This document shows, one piece after another, positions 1 through 10,614 of a stretch of 64,000 nt of DNA (position 1 is the first letter of the stretch; each line of letters begins with the position of its first letter). The stretch comes from an uncultured virus (IMG/VR IMGVR_UViG_3300035698_029469) (Duplodnaviria > Heunggongvirae > Uroviricota > Caudoviricetes), in the IMG/VR virus record IMGVR_UViG_3300035698_029469; one strand, written 5' to 3'. The translations under genes were made by a program, and so were the position numbers. The notes beneath the pieces are model-generated. The model saw only the letters and a program-made list of their open reading frames with translations, ran no database searches and had not been told where the DNA came from.

Positions 1-1
1 A

Positions 2-1867
2 AACGGAGCGATAGCCGACGCATCGACCGATGCAAACGATAGAACACAAATCATCATAGGATTGGGAACATACGATATTAATTTGACTGGAAATGCCTTC
101 GCGGCGCTTACAAACACCAATGTTGATATTGTTGGCTCGGGAATTGATAAAACTTACCTTACAAATACTTTCGGGGTCGGTAATACTGCTCTGATCAGTC
201 TTTATGGTGATTCGTCAATTTCGGATCTTACACTAACCGGAGCAGATGAAGCAAGTGACACTTTACTTATTGGCGGAACAGGAGTTCTTGTCGAACACAT
301 TAAGATTAATACAACCGCACATGCAACTGGTGCCGAGCCGATGGCTGGTATTAAGATTACAGGCGCGGTGACAGCGGCTATAATTAGAAACGTTTTGATT
401 TTGGGTGAAGTAGTGAATACAACCGGAATAGAAATGGATTCTTGCTCAGAATGCTACGTTACCGACACAGAGGTAAGAGATTGCCTTGTCGGAATCGCGA
501 TGGCAGTAAATACGGCAGACGATAACGTCGTTGAAGGCTGTAGAATTGCCGATAGCGTTACTGGAATTAACATCGTTGCGGGCGCCGATAATAACCGATT
601 CTACAACGTTTATATGGAAAATAACACGACTGGGCTAGCAGACGCTGGCACAGGAACTGTTTGGGTTGATAATACTTTAGCTGTCACAATTGAAATTGGA
701 CAAGATAAATCTTATACTCATAAACTTTATGTTGGAGCCAACGGAAGCAATTTGGATGGTTTGACTTGGGAAACGGCTTATACGGCTATGAACACAGCAG
801 TTACGGCGGCCTCCGTTGACGTGCAGGATTACACACATATCTTAGTGGCACAAGGAACTTACGATGTTAATTTGAATGCAATTCCGTGGAATGCGCTTAC
901 TACAACTAACATACACATTCAAGGAGCCGGACAGCAGAAAACTATCTTTACAAATGGACTTGCGGGTGTAGCAGATGCGGTTATAGGACTTTATGGTCAA
1001 TCTATGATTTCAGATTGTTCTATTGACACGGCAAATACTGGAGCCGACGGTTTAGTTATTTCTGCGGCATCTTGTGTCGCTGAAAGTGTTTGGGTTGACA
1101 CAGCGGCAAACGCCGTTGGAGCAGCGAGCGGCATTAAAGTTATCGGAACCGTTGGTAACGTTAAAATTGAAAAATGCCGAATTAGCGGGGAGACAACCAA
1201 TTCTACAGGCATTGAAATCGAAGATATCACTTGGTCAGAGTTTTTGGACAATGAAATCTTCAATTGTTTGGTAGGTATGAGCTTTACAACGGCAGCGGGA
1301 AACGATAACGTTATAAAAGATTCGGAGGTTGCTCTATGCACAACAGGCGTCAATTTAGCCGATGGTACATTGCGCAACAGATTCGAAAACATAATCTTGG
1401 ACAACACAGCACAAATCGCCGACGCAAACGCCGCAGGAAACATCGCTACAACCGTTTGGATAAATCCAATCGAGCGTATTGAACATTCAGTCATTATACC
1501 CGCGACGGCAGCAGAAGGAGCAGGCATAACCTTAACCACAGGTATAGCCGAAACGATGGGCGCGTACGTGCAAATTGTGGCAGCTGGTGCTCCGACAAAA
1601 ATCAAAGGGTTTACGGTATCAGCCGAAGACAGTGTTTTGGCGCCGCTTGAAAACGGAATTTACAACGTTGAACTTGCCTACGGCGCCGCCGATACTTCAA
1701 TCGGAATTTACTCTGTGCACATAGCAGGTGGAGACCCGATTCAGGCTTTTATACCCATATTTAACGATGTAATTGTTCCTGACGGAGCAAGAATAGCTGG
1801 AAGAGCTTTACACGGAGATGTGGCGACGGTAACGTTAGACATAAGAGCATTGGTTCAGCAAATCTAG
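2..1867 (+). CDS. Right-handed parallel beta-helix protein (adhesin/tailspike-like), 5'-truncated by the window edge; two tandem beta-helix modules plus a C-terminal beta domain
   Basis: Frame is open from position 2 (NGAIADASTDANDRTQIIIGLGTYD). Two copies of the cap motif (GTYDINL..NVDIVGSG / GTYDVNL..NIHIQGAG) and repeated GIxI..N..I.N rungs. Confidence 0.8.
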   Translation, partial: NGAIADASTDANDRTQIIIGLGTYDINLTGNAFAALTNTNVDIVGSGIDKTYLTNTFGVGNTALISLYGDSSISDLTLTGADEASDTLLIGGTGVLVEHIKINTTAHATGAEPMAGIKITGAVTAAIIRNVLILGEVVNTTGIEMDSCSECYVTDTEVRDCLVGIAMAVNTADDNVVEGCRIADSVTGINIVAGADNNRFYNVYMENNTTGLADAGTGTVWVDNTLAVTIEIGQDKSYTHKLYVGANGSNLDGLTWETAYTAMNTAVTAASVDVQDYTHILVAQGTYDVNLNAIPWNALTTTNIHIQGAGQQKTIFTNGLAGVADAVIGLYGQSMISDCSIDTANTGADGLVISAASCVAESVWVDTAANAVGAASGIKVIGTVGNVKIEKCRISGETTNSTGIEIEDITWSEFLDNEIFNCLVGMSFTTAAGNDNVIKDSEVALCTTGVNLADGTLRNRFENIILDNTAQIADANAAGNIATTVWINPIERIEHSVIIPATAAEGAGITLTTGIAETMGAYVQIVAAGAPTKIKGFTVSAEDSVLAPLENGIYNVELAYGAADTSIGIYSVHIAGGDPIQAFIPIFNDVIVPDGARIAGRALHGDVATVTLDIRALVQQI

Positions 1868-1872
1868 GAGGG

Positions 1873-3075
1873 ATGAATATGGGAAACAAATCTACAAATT
1901 TACTCGACGATCAAGGCGGTGGAACTTCCACCTACTTTGTCCATCCCGGTGGAAATGCTAGGGACGGTAAAAGTTGGCATACAGCAGTTGCAACTATTCA
2001 GGCGGCATATGCTTTAGTTCAAGCTGATACATCAACCGGCGATGCCACGGAAAATAATATTATCTATGTGGCGCCCAGTTCGTACGATCTTTTAACCGAT
2101 ACAACGTTGGCTTTGGGCCGGCAAGTTAGTATTATTGGCGTTGGAGCTAACAGACACGGTGTTATCATCGCGAATACAGGCGCGGGCGGTGCTGTTGCCT
2201 CAATTATGAGTTTTAGTTTACCGTGTCGTTTAGAAAATCTAACAATAGATTGCGGAGCAACTAACGACGATGGAGTTGTTATTGCAGCAGGTTCCGATGG
2301 TTCGGTCTTAAAAAACATTAGTATTGATGCGGCGGCTCATACAGTTGCAGCGGATGCGATTCGAATCGAAGGAACTACAAGCTTCTGTGAAATTGAAGAT
2401 ATTCATATTGACGGTGCTGTTGGATTTACTACTGGGATACATCTCAACACAGCCCTCGAAAATCACTTTGAACACATGCATATACACGATTGTGTAACTG
2501 GACTTCATTTAGATGATACACTTGACGAAAATAACACTTTCCGATGCGTAGAGTTCAACGGTTGTACCGGCGGAATACTTATAGATGCCGGCGCCGACAA
2601 TAACGTTTTTCGAGATATTAGTATTATCGGCGGGACTACACAAATCGATGACAACGGAACGAGTAATCATTGGGTTGAGATAGCGAAAGATTTCAAGATT
2701 TTGGGAATCTTTCCCGACGAGGTGGGTGTTGCTTTTGATCCCCCGGTAACCTTGCCCGACGCGGCGGCAACAGTTTACGGCGCGACCACAGAAATTATGG
2801 CGGCAGCTACTCAAGCTAACCCTTTCAAAATTGTTGGAATTTCGATTGCAAATGCAGTCGTTGAGGAACATAAAATTGTTCTTATGCGAGGCGGGACTGA
2901 TATAGTCGTGGCCAAAGTTGCATTCGAGATAACCGGAGTCGGCTCTAATGCCACGGCGATCAATATGCCGATTGAGACAGGATGGATTCCTGCAACCGAA
3001 AGAATTCGTGGAAAACACGCCACTTTAGCAGCTGGCGGAGACGTCGATGTTTGGTTACAATTAGAAGTTTTATAA
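1873..3075 (+). CDS. Parallel beta-helix virion protein, paralog of the upstream gene
   Basis: YFVHPGG..DGKSWHTAVATIQAA cap, beta-helix rungs, C-terminal domain alignable with that of ORF 2-1867. Confidence 0.8.
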   Translation: MNMGNKSTNLLDDQGGGTSTYFVHPGGNARDGKSWHTAVATIQAAYALVQADTSTGDATENNIIYVAPSSYDLLTDTTLALGRQVSIIGVGANRHGVIIANTGAGGAVASIMSFSLPCRLENLTIDCGATNDDGVVIAAGSDGSVLKNISIDAAAHTVAADAIRIEGTTSFCEIEDIHIDGAVGFTTGIHLNTALENHFEHMHIHDCVTGLHLDDTLDENNTFRCVEFNGCTGGILIDAGADNNVFRDISIIGGTTQIDDNGTSNHWVEIAKDFKILGIFPDEVGVAFDPPVTLPDAAATVYGATTEIMAAATQANPFKIVGISIANAVVEEHKIVLMRGGTDIVVAKVAFEITGVGSNATAINMPIETGWIPATERIRGKHATLAAGGDVDVWLQLEVL

Positions 3076-3171
3076 ATAATTATAGAGGCCCGAAAGGGCA
3101 TATTTTCCTTTTTTACTTTATTATAAGGACATAGCGCCTTATGAAAAGAAATAAGAAGAGGAGGAATTAAA

Positions 3172-4515
3172 ATCGGAAATAACATTGCATCACAAAATAT
3201 TTCAGAATTTGGTCAACCGAAGTTTCGAACGATCGCCGAGTTAACGTCTCAAAACGTTCGTTATCTTCGGGAAGATGAGTCTATTGAGACGGCCGTCACA
3301 AATGCAACTGCCGGCGATACTTTGATCCTTGCCGCCGCTACCTATACGATTACAGACGATATTGACATTGCTAAATCGATTAACATAATTGGGCAAGGCC
3401 GAACTCAGACAATAGTCTATTGCAACACCGCTGCCAAAAACATGTTTGATATTAGTGGAGCTGTTACGGTTCGCTTAGCTAATATGACCATTCAATCGAA
3501 TTCGACCACCGACATTAACATAAATGTTGCTGCCACAGGAACGCTTCATTTAGAAAACTGTGAAATCTATTGCACGGGTAATAAAGCAATTCAACTTACC
3601 GGCGCCCACGCAGAGATTTGGAACTGTGATATAATTACTTATGGAGCTGCCGCTGCAACTTATGGCATTTACTATACCAATGCTACCGCAGCCAGTAATT
3701 TATATATTCACAACTCAAAGATTTACAGTGAAACAACCGACGCCCAAGATGCCGTCGGAATATATAACTATGACATTCTTGGCGGAGATTCTTTTGATAT
3801 TAAAACCTATCTCTATAATTGTCATATTGAAGCGGTCTCTGCTGCGGGAACTAATGCTTATGGAGTCCATGCAAATGGCGCTGATGCCTTTGCTTATGTT
3901 TACAATTGTAATATTAAAGCAAGCGGAGCTACAAACAATTACAGTTTAATTCAAGTTACTTCGGCTGTTGTTGGAGTTTATGGATCTGATTTAAATAACG
4001 TAGTTGTTTCTGGAACTATAACCGCAGAAACTGGAACTTTAAATATGTCAGGCGGCGACGCCTTTCCGGTTCGAGCCGCTGCGGATACTCATGCGGTTAA
4101 TCAAGCTTGGGATGCTACACACGTTGGCGGTGGATGGATTAAACAAATTTTACCAACTGCTATTGGTGATGTTACTTATCTCTATTATGATTTTAAAGTT
4201 CCCGATAATTTCGTTGGTTGGCCTGGAGAATCGGACGATATAACAGTATATGGAATTCAAAACGCAGGCGCGGACGTCGATGCCACAATTACAATTGATG
4301 TGCTCGACATAGACGGAACTACCGATCTTGATGATGATACGGTAGCGGCGGCAGCACTTACAGGAGCTTGGGCGGCTTATGACTGCGCAGTTACAACAGC
4401 TGGCACAATGACTATCGGAAGTAAGTTCTACGTTAAGGTTACAATCACTTGCACTGATGCAGATGATGATTGCCAAGTTGGTCAATGCAGAGTAAAGTTT
4501 TTAAGGAGCCGATAA
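3172..4515 (+). CDS. Parallel beta-helix protein with C-terminal beta-sandwich; probable non-AUG start (ATC 3172 or ATT 3166)
   Basis: Frame is open upstream of the tracked TTG 3322 and encodes the cap SIETAVTNATAGDTLILAAATY. A GAGGAGG SD precedes ATC. Confidence 0.7.
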   Translation: MGNNIASQNISEFGQPKFRTIAELTSQNVRYLREDESIETAVTNATAGDTLILAAATYTITDDIDIAKSINIIGQGRTQTIVYCNTAAKNMFDISGAVTVRLANMTIQSNSTTDININVAATGTLHLENCEIYCTGNKAIQLTGAHAEIWNCDIITYGAAAATYGIYYTNATAASNLYIHNSKIYSETTDAQDAVGIYNYDILGGDSFDIKTYLYNCHIEAVSAAGTNAYGVHANGADAFAYVYNCNIKASGATNNYSLIQVTSAVVGVYGSDLNNVVVSGTITAETGTLNMSGGDAFPVRAAADTHAVNQAWDATHVGGGWIKQILPTAIGDVTYLYYDFKVPDNFVGWPGESDDITVYGIQNAGADVDATITIDVLDIDGTTDLDDDTVAAAALTGAWAAYDCAVTTAGTMTIGSKFYVKVTITCTDADDDCQVGQCRVKFLRSR

Positions 4516-4518
4516 AGT

Positions 4519-5256
4519 ATGGTGCAAGATATACTTGGCGGCGTTGCTAAATACGATATTCGAAGTGGTATTGCTTCAAAGGATTTATACGCTGGTGGAG
4601 ATTGGGAAGCCGCTCCCGATGGAGCTGTTTTGAATTATAGAAGTTACGATGGATGCGGCAGAGGAGTCGCCGGTGTTAAACCAACAGATGTAACTGAGGT
4701 TGTAGCTGGGGTGAGTTCATTTCGATACTCTGCCGATATTGACAAAGAGATTAAGCAAATCGGAGACGCAGTCGCCGGGAATTACAGTTATTATTCTGTA
4801 TCGGTGAGCGCCACGAAGATGTTATTTAAAGTTAAACACCGACTCCCAGACGTTATTAACATAGAAGATACAGATATTCGATTTATGGGCACTGGCGCCC
4901 AAGGGTGGCTTTGCAGTGATTTTGTGGGCGTTCCACCGAATCGATATCACATTCAAAATATTGGGGGCGGAACAGACAACGTGGGACCTGTCCCTGCAAT
5001 AAATACTTGGTATTATCTCGGGTTTTACACCAATTGGACCACGAATCCAGATGTTAGCTACTATAAAACTCCGACTACAGACGACAGTGGAGCTTGGGTT
5101 AATCCAGTAACAGAGACAGGTAATGGAGCAGCAGGAGCACCAACAAGATTTGATTTTTATATTAGATCGGATGCCGGCAACTTAACGGTTTATTTGGATG
5201 ATATTTATCTTTATACCGATGTGCTTAATGGATCCACCGGAGAGGATGTTTTCTGA
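4519..5256 (+). CDS. Virion accessory protein, lectin/jelly-roll-like
   Basis: Tiled in the structural operon; beta-rich; ends VYLDDIYLY, as in CBM/concanavalin-like folds. Confidence 0.5.
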   Translation: MVQDILGGVAKYDIRSGIASKDLYAGGDWEAAPDGAVLNYRSYDGCGRGVAGVKPTDVTEVVAGVSSFRYSADIDKEIKQIGDAVAGNYSYYSVSVSATKMLFKVKHRLPDVINIEDTDIRFMGTGAQGWLCSDFVGVPPNRYHIQNIGGGTDNVGPVPAINTWYYLGFYTNWTTNPDVSYYKTPTTDDSGAWVNPVTETGNGAAGAPTRFDFYIRSDAGNLTVYLDDIYLYTDVLNGSTGEDVF

Positions 5257-5270
5257 GTAACTACTATAAT

Positions 5271-5783
5271 GTGCTTCATACAAGACTTATACACGGTCCA
5301 ACTCCTCAAACGTCAGTTTCAATTATCAAGGACGCTACGGGAACTCCAGACGGCGCCAATATAAACGGATATGAAGGATCGGCGATAAAAATAGAAGCCG
5401 GCGTTGATAACGCTACGCAAATCATACATTTAGAATGTAGAGTTGAAAATGATCATGATGAATGGGTCTCAGCCGATATGCTAACATTACGTTGTAAATA
5501 CGTTGACGAGGGAGCATATGTGGGCGGGAGAACGCCGGATTTAATTGCTCACGTGCTCGATTGCACGTACCTTGTGGAATGCACAAACACCGATATCGAC
5601 GCACAGGTGGTTCCGATTAATACGTTTACGACTTACACAGCTGGAAGAGCTGCTACGGGCACAATGACAGAAGGTAGAAAGTTTTTCGTTAAGCTTGAGT
5701 TTAGTGATTTAGGCTTTACAAATGTAACCGATTATCAAACAGTTTACATCGGAGAAATAGTTTTAGAATACACACCGACTTAG
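5271..5783 (+). CDS. Virion beta-sandwich protein, homologous to the split C-terminal domain of 18585-21245
   Basis: KYVDEGAYVGGRTPD and EGRKFFVKLEFSDLGFTNVTDYQTV match segments of ORF 18585. Confidence 0.65.
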   Translation: MLHTRLIHGPTPQTSVSIIKDATGTPDGANINGYEGSAIKIEAGVDNATQIIHLECRVENDHDEWVSADMLTLRCKYVDEGAYVGGRTPDLIAHVLDCTYLVECTNTDIDAQVVPINTFTTYTAGRAATGTMTEGRKFFVKLEFSDLGFTNVTDYQTVYIGEIVLEYTPT

Positions 5784-5796
5784 GAGAGATTAATAT

Positions 5797-6114
5797 ATGG
5801 ATTTAGAATCATTAGCATCATTATTTTGGGGATTATCAATGTTTACTACGGTCGTAGGATTATTTTGGATCCTAACGCTTTGGTTTTGGTTAACATATAA
5901 GAAAACAATATTAGCTTTAGAACTTAACGCTGATAAACCAATTGAAGATCAAGAATCAATAGCTAAAATTGTTTTAAATGTTATGATAAATCGATTACCA
6001 GATCTTATCAAGCAATTGATCGGAGTTAGAAATACAGATCCGAATTTACTTTTTGATGAGAATGGAAACGTTGAATTGAAAGAATTTCCGCTTATAGAAG
6101 AAGAAGAGGAATAA
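5797..6114 (+). CDS. Single-pass membrane protein
   Basis: GGAGAG SD; N-terminal hydrophobic helix; acidic tail. Confidence 0.65.
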   Translation: MDLESLASLFWGLSMFTTVVGLFWILTLWFWLTYKKTILALELNADKPIEDQESIAKIVLNVMINRLPDLIKQLIGVRNTDPNLLFDENGNVELKEFPLIEEEEE

Positions 6115-6118
6115 ATAA

Positions 6119-7669
6119 ATGGCCGAACCAACAATTAACGCCGTAGAAAACGAATCTACAGCCACTTGGACTTTCGATAGCGCCACGGGTTATACCTTTA
6201 GTGCTGCTGATGTCAATTTTGACACTGTCGCCGGCACAATTAGTTTACAAGATGGTAAATCAACAGGTTACGTCATATTGCCGACCTGCGCGCCTGATGA
6301 AGTCATAAAGTGGATGGATTATGATTATAGCGATTCTACACCGACTGACTCAACCGTAACGTATGAGATTCAGTTTTCCGATGATGGTGGCGTTAATTGG
6401 GGTTATACAATTCCTTACAACAACGGAGAATATTACACGTGGACGGGAACAGCAAGCGACGAAACGTTTCTTCAGAGCATCCAGCCTAAGCGGAACGGCA
6501 ATGATCAGTTTAGAACGAAAATAACACTTATTAGGGATACCAACGCCGAACCTACAACTGGGGCAACTTATTACATCGTTTTAGACGCCACGGTTAAAAT
6601 TACAAACCATGATTATGGTGCCGCAGATGTATACAATGATCAAATGACCGATTATGTTAATTTTGGCGACGGAGATCTTAGTAATGGATCTAATCATTAT
6701 TTTCAGGTACTTTGGGTATCTGATGATGAAGATGGCTCCAGTCCGTATGGTGATGATGAATATGATGCACTCTCCGGGATTGATATAGATTGGGATGTGG
6801 CAACTAGCGAACCGGACGATGAAGCAGATTATTGGATGGGGGTCCGTTATCAATTTGCGGTAACTAAAGGAGCCGCAAATACTACTGATACAATTGCCAC
6901 GTTTGATGCAACTACTACAACTATAGATATTCACGGCGGAATAATTTATGACGCCGCGAACGTTTATATTTTACCTGGTGTTGAGGGAAGCGCTGATTGG
7001 CCTTCAGGGGCCGAAGATAGCGATTATATTGAGGCAACGGATTATATAACATTTGTTGAAGGCGATTCAACCATAGACTGGCAATATGAACAAACACCGG
7101 TCGTTTCTTTGGTTGTTTTATCTTATTACACTTATTCTAAAGAGCCAGAAACAATTTATGAAGGAAAATACACCACAATCGCCGAAATCGTGCAGGCGGC
7201 CGGGGGACCTAGTATTCTACCCTATTCTGCGGTTACAGAGATTCATGTGGATATAGGAGAGAATCGAATAGATTCAGATTTATTAATTAACGGAATAATT
7301 CCGGCTACAATATACGGAGATAGCACTTATACCAATTCTGTGAAACATGCGGCGATATATGCGGTTCTTTGTGAATTAAATAGATCCGGCATAATTAAAA
7401 GTGTATCGGGGCCGGTTTCTGCCGTTTCTGCGGACGGAATGTCGATCCGTTATAGTAAAAGAGGCGGAGATCCGTTAATTTCGGATGGCGGCGGATATTG
7501 TTATGCCTATACAATGATGATGAAAAAATTGGTCGATAGATATAATGCCAGCGCATATGGAACAATGAGTATAGAGCGGGCAAATGATATTATTTCGGTT
7601 TATGATGAATCTTACGAAAGTAGATATCAAGTGGATGAAGGAGAAGCCCCGAGTTACTGGCATTGGTGA
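6119..7669 (+). CDS. Head-tail adaptor (neck) protein with large N-terminal decoration domains
   Basis: C-terminal YTTIAEI..VKHAAIYAVLCEL..VSAVSADGMSIRYS resembles gp6/gp15-type adaptors; lies before the closure, terminator and sheath genes. Confidence 0.6.
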   Translation: MAEPTINAVENESTATWTFDSATGYTFSAADVNFDTVAGTISLQDGKSTGYVILPTCAPDEVIKWMDYDYSDSTPTDSTVTYEIQFSDDGGVNWGYTIPYNNGEYYTWTGTASDETFLQSIQPKRNGNDQFRTKITLIRDTNAEPTTGATYYIVLDATVKITNHDYGAADVYNDQMTDYVNFGDGDLSNGSNHYFQVLWVSDDEDGSSPYGDDEYDALSGIDIDWDVATSEPDDEADYWMGVRYQFAVTKGAANTTDTIATFDATTTTIDIHGGIIYDAANVYILPGVEGSADWPSGAEDSDYIEATDYITFVEGDSTIDWQYEQTPVVSLVVLSYYTYSKEPETIYEGKYTTIAEIVQAAGGPSILPYSAVTEIHVDIGENRIDSDLLINGIIPATIYGDSTYTNSVKHAAIYAVLCELNRSGIIKSVSGPVSAVSADGMSIRYSKRGGDPLISDGGGYCYAYTMMMKKLVDRYNASAYGTMSIERANDIISVYDESYESRYQVDEGEAPSYWHW

Positions 7670-7673
7670 TAAA

Positions 7674-8102
7674 ATGAGTATTGGTAGATTCGGGGGGCCT
7701 ATTATACCTATGGCCTCAAAAGACATAGTTTGGGTTCCGATGCCAGCGGGGACATTTAGTCTTTTGGATTTTAAACGGGCCTATGTTAACCGGGACTTTA
7801 CAAATTGGATTAAAAACAAAGATTTTTTTGAGGAAAAAGTTTACTTTATAGAAAACGAATCTACATTTGTAAAAGTACTAACCGGCCACCGGGAATTTAA
7901 GACGGCAAGAATTAGATTAAATTGTAATGTTTCGCCGTTTTATAGGATGGAAAATGGAAAAATGATAATGAAGGTGAAGAAAGGCGATTGGATAATACGT
8001 TGTATAAATCAAGTACCATTAGCCTATTTTAAAGTGACAGCTATAAATAACACGTGCGAAGAAACAAATACAATCCGATTAGAACTTACCAGGAGCGATT
8101 AA
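7674..8102 (+). CDS. Putative head-closure (stopper) protein
   Basis: GGTGAT SD before ATG 7674; synteny; beta-rich KVKKGDWI..YFKVTAIN. Confidence 0.45.
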   Translation: MSIGRFGGPIIPMASKDIVWVPMPAGTFSLLDFKRAYVNRDFTNWIKNKDFFEEKVYFIENESTFVKVLTGHREFKTARIRLNCNVSPFYRMENGKMIMKVKKGDWIIRCINQVPLAYFKVTAINNTCEETNTIRLELTRSD

Positions 8103-8105
8103 AGA

Positions 8106-9167
8106 GTGCCGATGCTTAGAAGTGTGAAAGATACGATTGAGGCCGATCTTATTACGTTGTTTACTCCTTCAGGATTAACGGATGAACAGGCTGCCAGCGC
8201 AGAAGATTATTTAGCGGTAGATGTTACAAACCCGGTTGCACACGGCGGTTCTACGGTAACTTTCGATGTTCGGTTAAAACATAGTTATCTTTGGGAAGAG
8301 GAACCGACTCAAATATTCGATAATAAGCCGATAGTGATCGTTGTAACTTATCCGATGGAAGATATTCCTTATATTGAGTTTATAGGTAATTATTGCGGAA
8401 CTTCAAAATCATATACTGCGGAATATAGTCCGATTGATATTGGAGCTTCTAGTTCGGATACAATCGACAGTAGTAATACAATTACAACTACATTTGCGGT
8501 TACAGAACCTAATATAGGATATTTAACTGCTTTAATTACAAATAAAAGTAGTTCTACATCTCGGCTTGATTTAAGATTGACAAATGAAAATTCAGAAACC
8601 GTCGGACATAAAATTTTTCCTAATTCGCAGGTTCCCAGAAATACCGATGCTACTTGGCTAACTTTCCAAGTAGATCGGCCGGGAATTGATGTGACAAGCG
8701 GCAGCCACACATTAACCCTAACAATATCAGAACATGAAAGTATTGGTAGTAATCCGACAGGTTTTGATTTTTGGAAGAATGCCGGCGGAGATTATTTAAT
8801 TACAACTTCTTCTTACGTTCAGGGAGATACTTATGGACAATGGAATGAAGCTGTAATGCAAATTTCTGTTTATGCAAATGATAAGAAAAGCGGAGCTTCT
8901 CCGAGTCCCACTAATTTTGTTTCAGCTGAAACTACAATCGCGGACGTGTTAGATCAAATCCGGGAACAAATGATGCTTTATTGGCGCGAGCTTACGGGCG
9001 CTATACTTCGTAAATTTGAAACCGTAGGACATAATAGAATGTTTATACATACGGATTATCAAAGTGTGCAAACAATGACAATTAGATTACTTTATTTGGA
9101 AACGGCGGTAATAGAAGCCCCGATAACAATAAAAGGTATTACAATAGAAAATATAAGGGTGGTTTAA
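8106..9167 (+). CDS. Putative tail-completion/terminator protein with inserted beta-sandwich
   Basis: Directly upstream of the sheath gene; MQISVYA..VLDQIREQM motif. Confidence 0.45.
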   Translation: MPMLRSVKDTIEADLITLFTPSGLTDEQAASAEDYLAVDVTNPVAHGGSTVTFDVRLKHSYLWEEEPTQIFDNKPIVIVVTYPMEDIPYIEFIGNYCGTSKSYTAEYSPIDIGASSSDTIDSSNTITTTFAVTEPNIGYLTALITNKSSSTSRLDLRLTNENSETVGHKIFPNSQVPRNTDATWLTFQVDRPGIDVTSGSHTLTLTISEHESIGSNPTGFDFWKNAGGDYLITTSSYVQGDTYGQWNEAVMQISVYANDKKSGASPSPTNFVSAETTIADVLDQIREQMMLYWRELTGAILRKFETVGHNRMFIHTDYQSVQTMTIRLLYLETAVIEAPITIKGITIENIRVV

Positions 9168-9169
9168 AA

Positions 9170-10603
9170 ATGGCTTTACAAGTTGTATTTGTAACTACAA
9201 GCTCCGTAACGCAACTAACGGCCAGAGCGGTAGAATATTCCATTATTGGGGTAGTCGGCTTCGGTAATGTGAGTTCTGCTTACGATAACGTAGTTATTCC
9301 AATTACGCTTCTATCAGAAGCAAGTACGTATTATGGAAAAGAACGTAGTACGGGATTAATTGGTTATAAAGAAAATTCAAGTAATTATTTAGCCGTATCT
9401 GCAGCTCAGCAAAATGGCGGAAAAACATTTTATTGTGTTCAACCTAGTGTAACTGCGGGTAGTTTAGATCCGGCAGCTTATGGTGTATCAACGTTTTCGG
9501 ATGTTTTAACTCCGACGGCAGGAAGTCAAATGTGCCGAGGAAGTTTGCTTGTTACTGATCAAGGTGGGCCGACGTATTATCAAGAAGGTGTAGATTATGT
9601 TTATAATCTCAGTACTAATACAGTGCATTTTGCCGAAGATCAAAATGGAAATGATCTCAGTTTCGGTTGGTCAGAGTTTACTTCGACTCAATTAGAAACC
9701 GCATTGGCCACTTTGGTTAATGAGAATGTTCAAATTGTATTTCTGGCCGATAATTACGAGGATACTCATGTAAATAAGCTTACGGCGCATATAACAGCTT
9801 GTAATACTGCCGGTAGACCCCGAATTGCGTTTGCCGGAGGATATTGGGATCCCAGTGATGCTGCAACTTCTGTAACTAACAATCAAACAAAATATGCTCT
9901 TTTTTCGGATGAAGAAATTTCTGTTTGGGCACATCGGAATGGATACGGTGGAAATACTTCTTTAACTGATGTTACTTCAAGTTGGAAATATTTTATTGAT
10001 CCTTGTGCAAGATTAGCCGGAAAAACGGCTGCTCGAAGGCCTTGGGGAAGTTTACATAATCAACTTATTAAGGGAATGACTGAGCGTGATACTTGGGCTA
10101 CCGCACATAAAAATACTCTCGAAGGTAGTTATATTAATTATTTCGCGCCGCCGGATGCGGCAGACTTACCAAATGCTCGAGTTATGGCAAACAGTTGGAC
10201 TTGTAATGTTGCAGAATGGGAATTTATTGATAAGGTTCGTCTAAATCAATATGTCTCCCAAAAAATTAGATATAATTTAAGTACGCCCTCTATAGTTGGC
10301 GAAGTTGGAATTAACTTACCCGGACTTAAAAGAATTTATAATGAAATCGATAATATTCTTAATGCGTTGTTTAGAGAAGGAGCTATTGATGATCCCGATG
10401 ATATTGTGGATTCTAACGGCGATAGGGTTAATAGTATTTTTATAGAAGCTTTAGAAATCCTTAGAAAGCCTCAAAGTCGTTGGTTTTCTTCCGAAGCTGC
10501 CTACATAGCCAATATAAGGTCAACACGAACATTACCTGTAACGGTCGCATATAAAGCTGTTGGAACCGTACATTACATAAACGTGGAATTAACAGTTATC
10601 TGA
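9170..10603 (+). CDS. Contractile tail sheath protein
   Basis: IIGVVG N-terminus; ALATLVNENVQIV; HITACNTAGRPRIAFAG; FIDKVRLNQYV; LFREGAID; C-terminal AVGTVHYINVELTV. Confidence 0.85.
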   Translation: MALQVVFVTTSSVTQLTARAVEYSIIGVVGFGNVSSAYDNVVIPITLLSEASTYYGKERSTGLIGYKENSSNYLAVSAAQQNGGKTFYCVQPSVTAGSLDPAAYGVSTFSDVLTPTAGSQMCRGSLLVTDQGGPTYYQEGVDYVYNLSTNTVHFAEDQNGNDLSFGWSEFTSTQLETALATLVNENVQIVFLADNYEDTHVNKLTAHITACNTAGRPRIAFAGGYWDPSDAATSVTNNQTKYALFSDEEISVWAHRNGYGGNTSLTDVTSSWKYFIDPCARLAGKTAARRPWGSLHNQLIKGMTERDTWATAHKNTLEGSYINYFAPPDAADLPNARVMANSWTCNVAEWEFIDKVRLNQYVSQKIRYNLSTPSIVGEVGINLPGLKRIYNEIDNILNALFREGAIDDPDDIVDSNGDRVNSIFIEALEILRKPQSRWFSSEAAYIANIRSTRTLPVTVAYKAVGTVHYINVELTVI

Positions 10604-10614
10604 AGGTGAAATAA

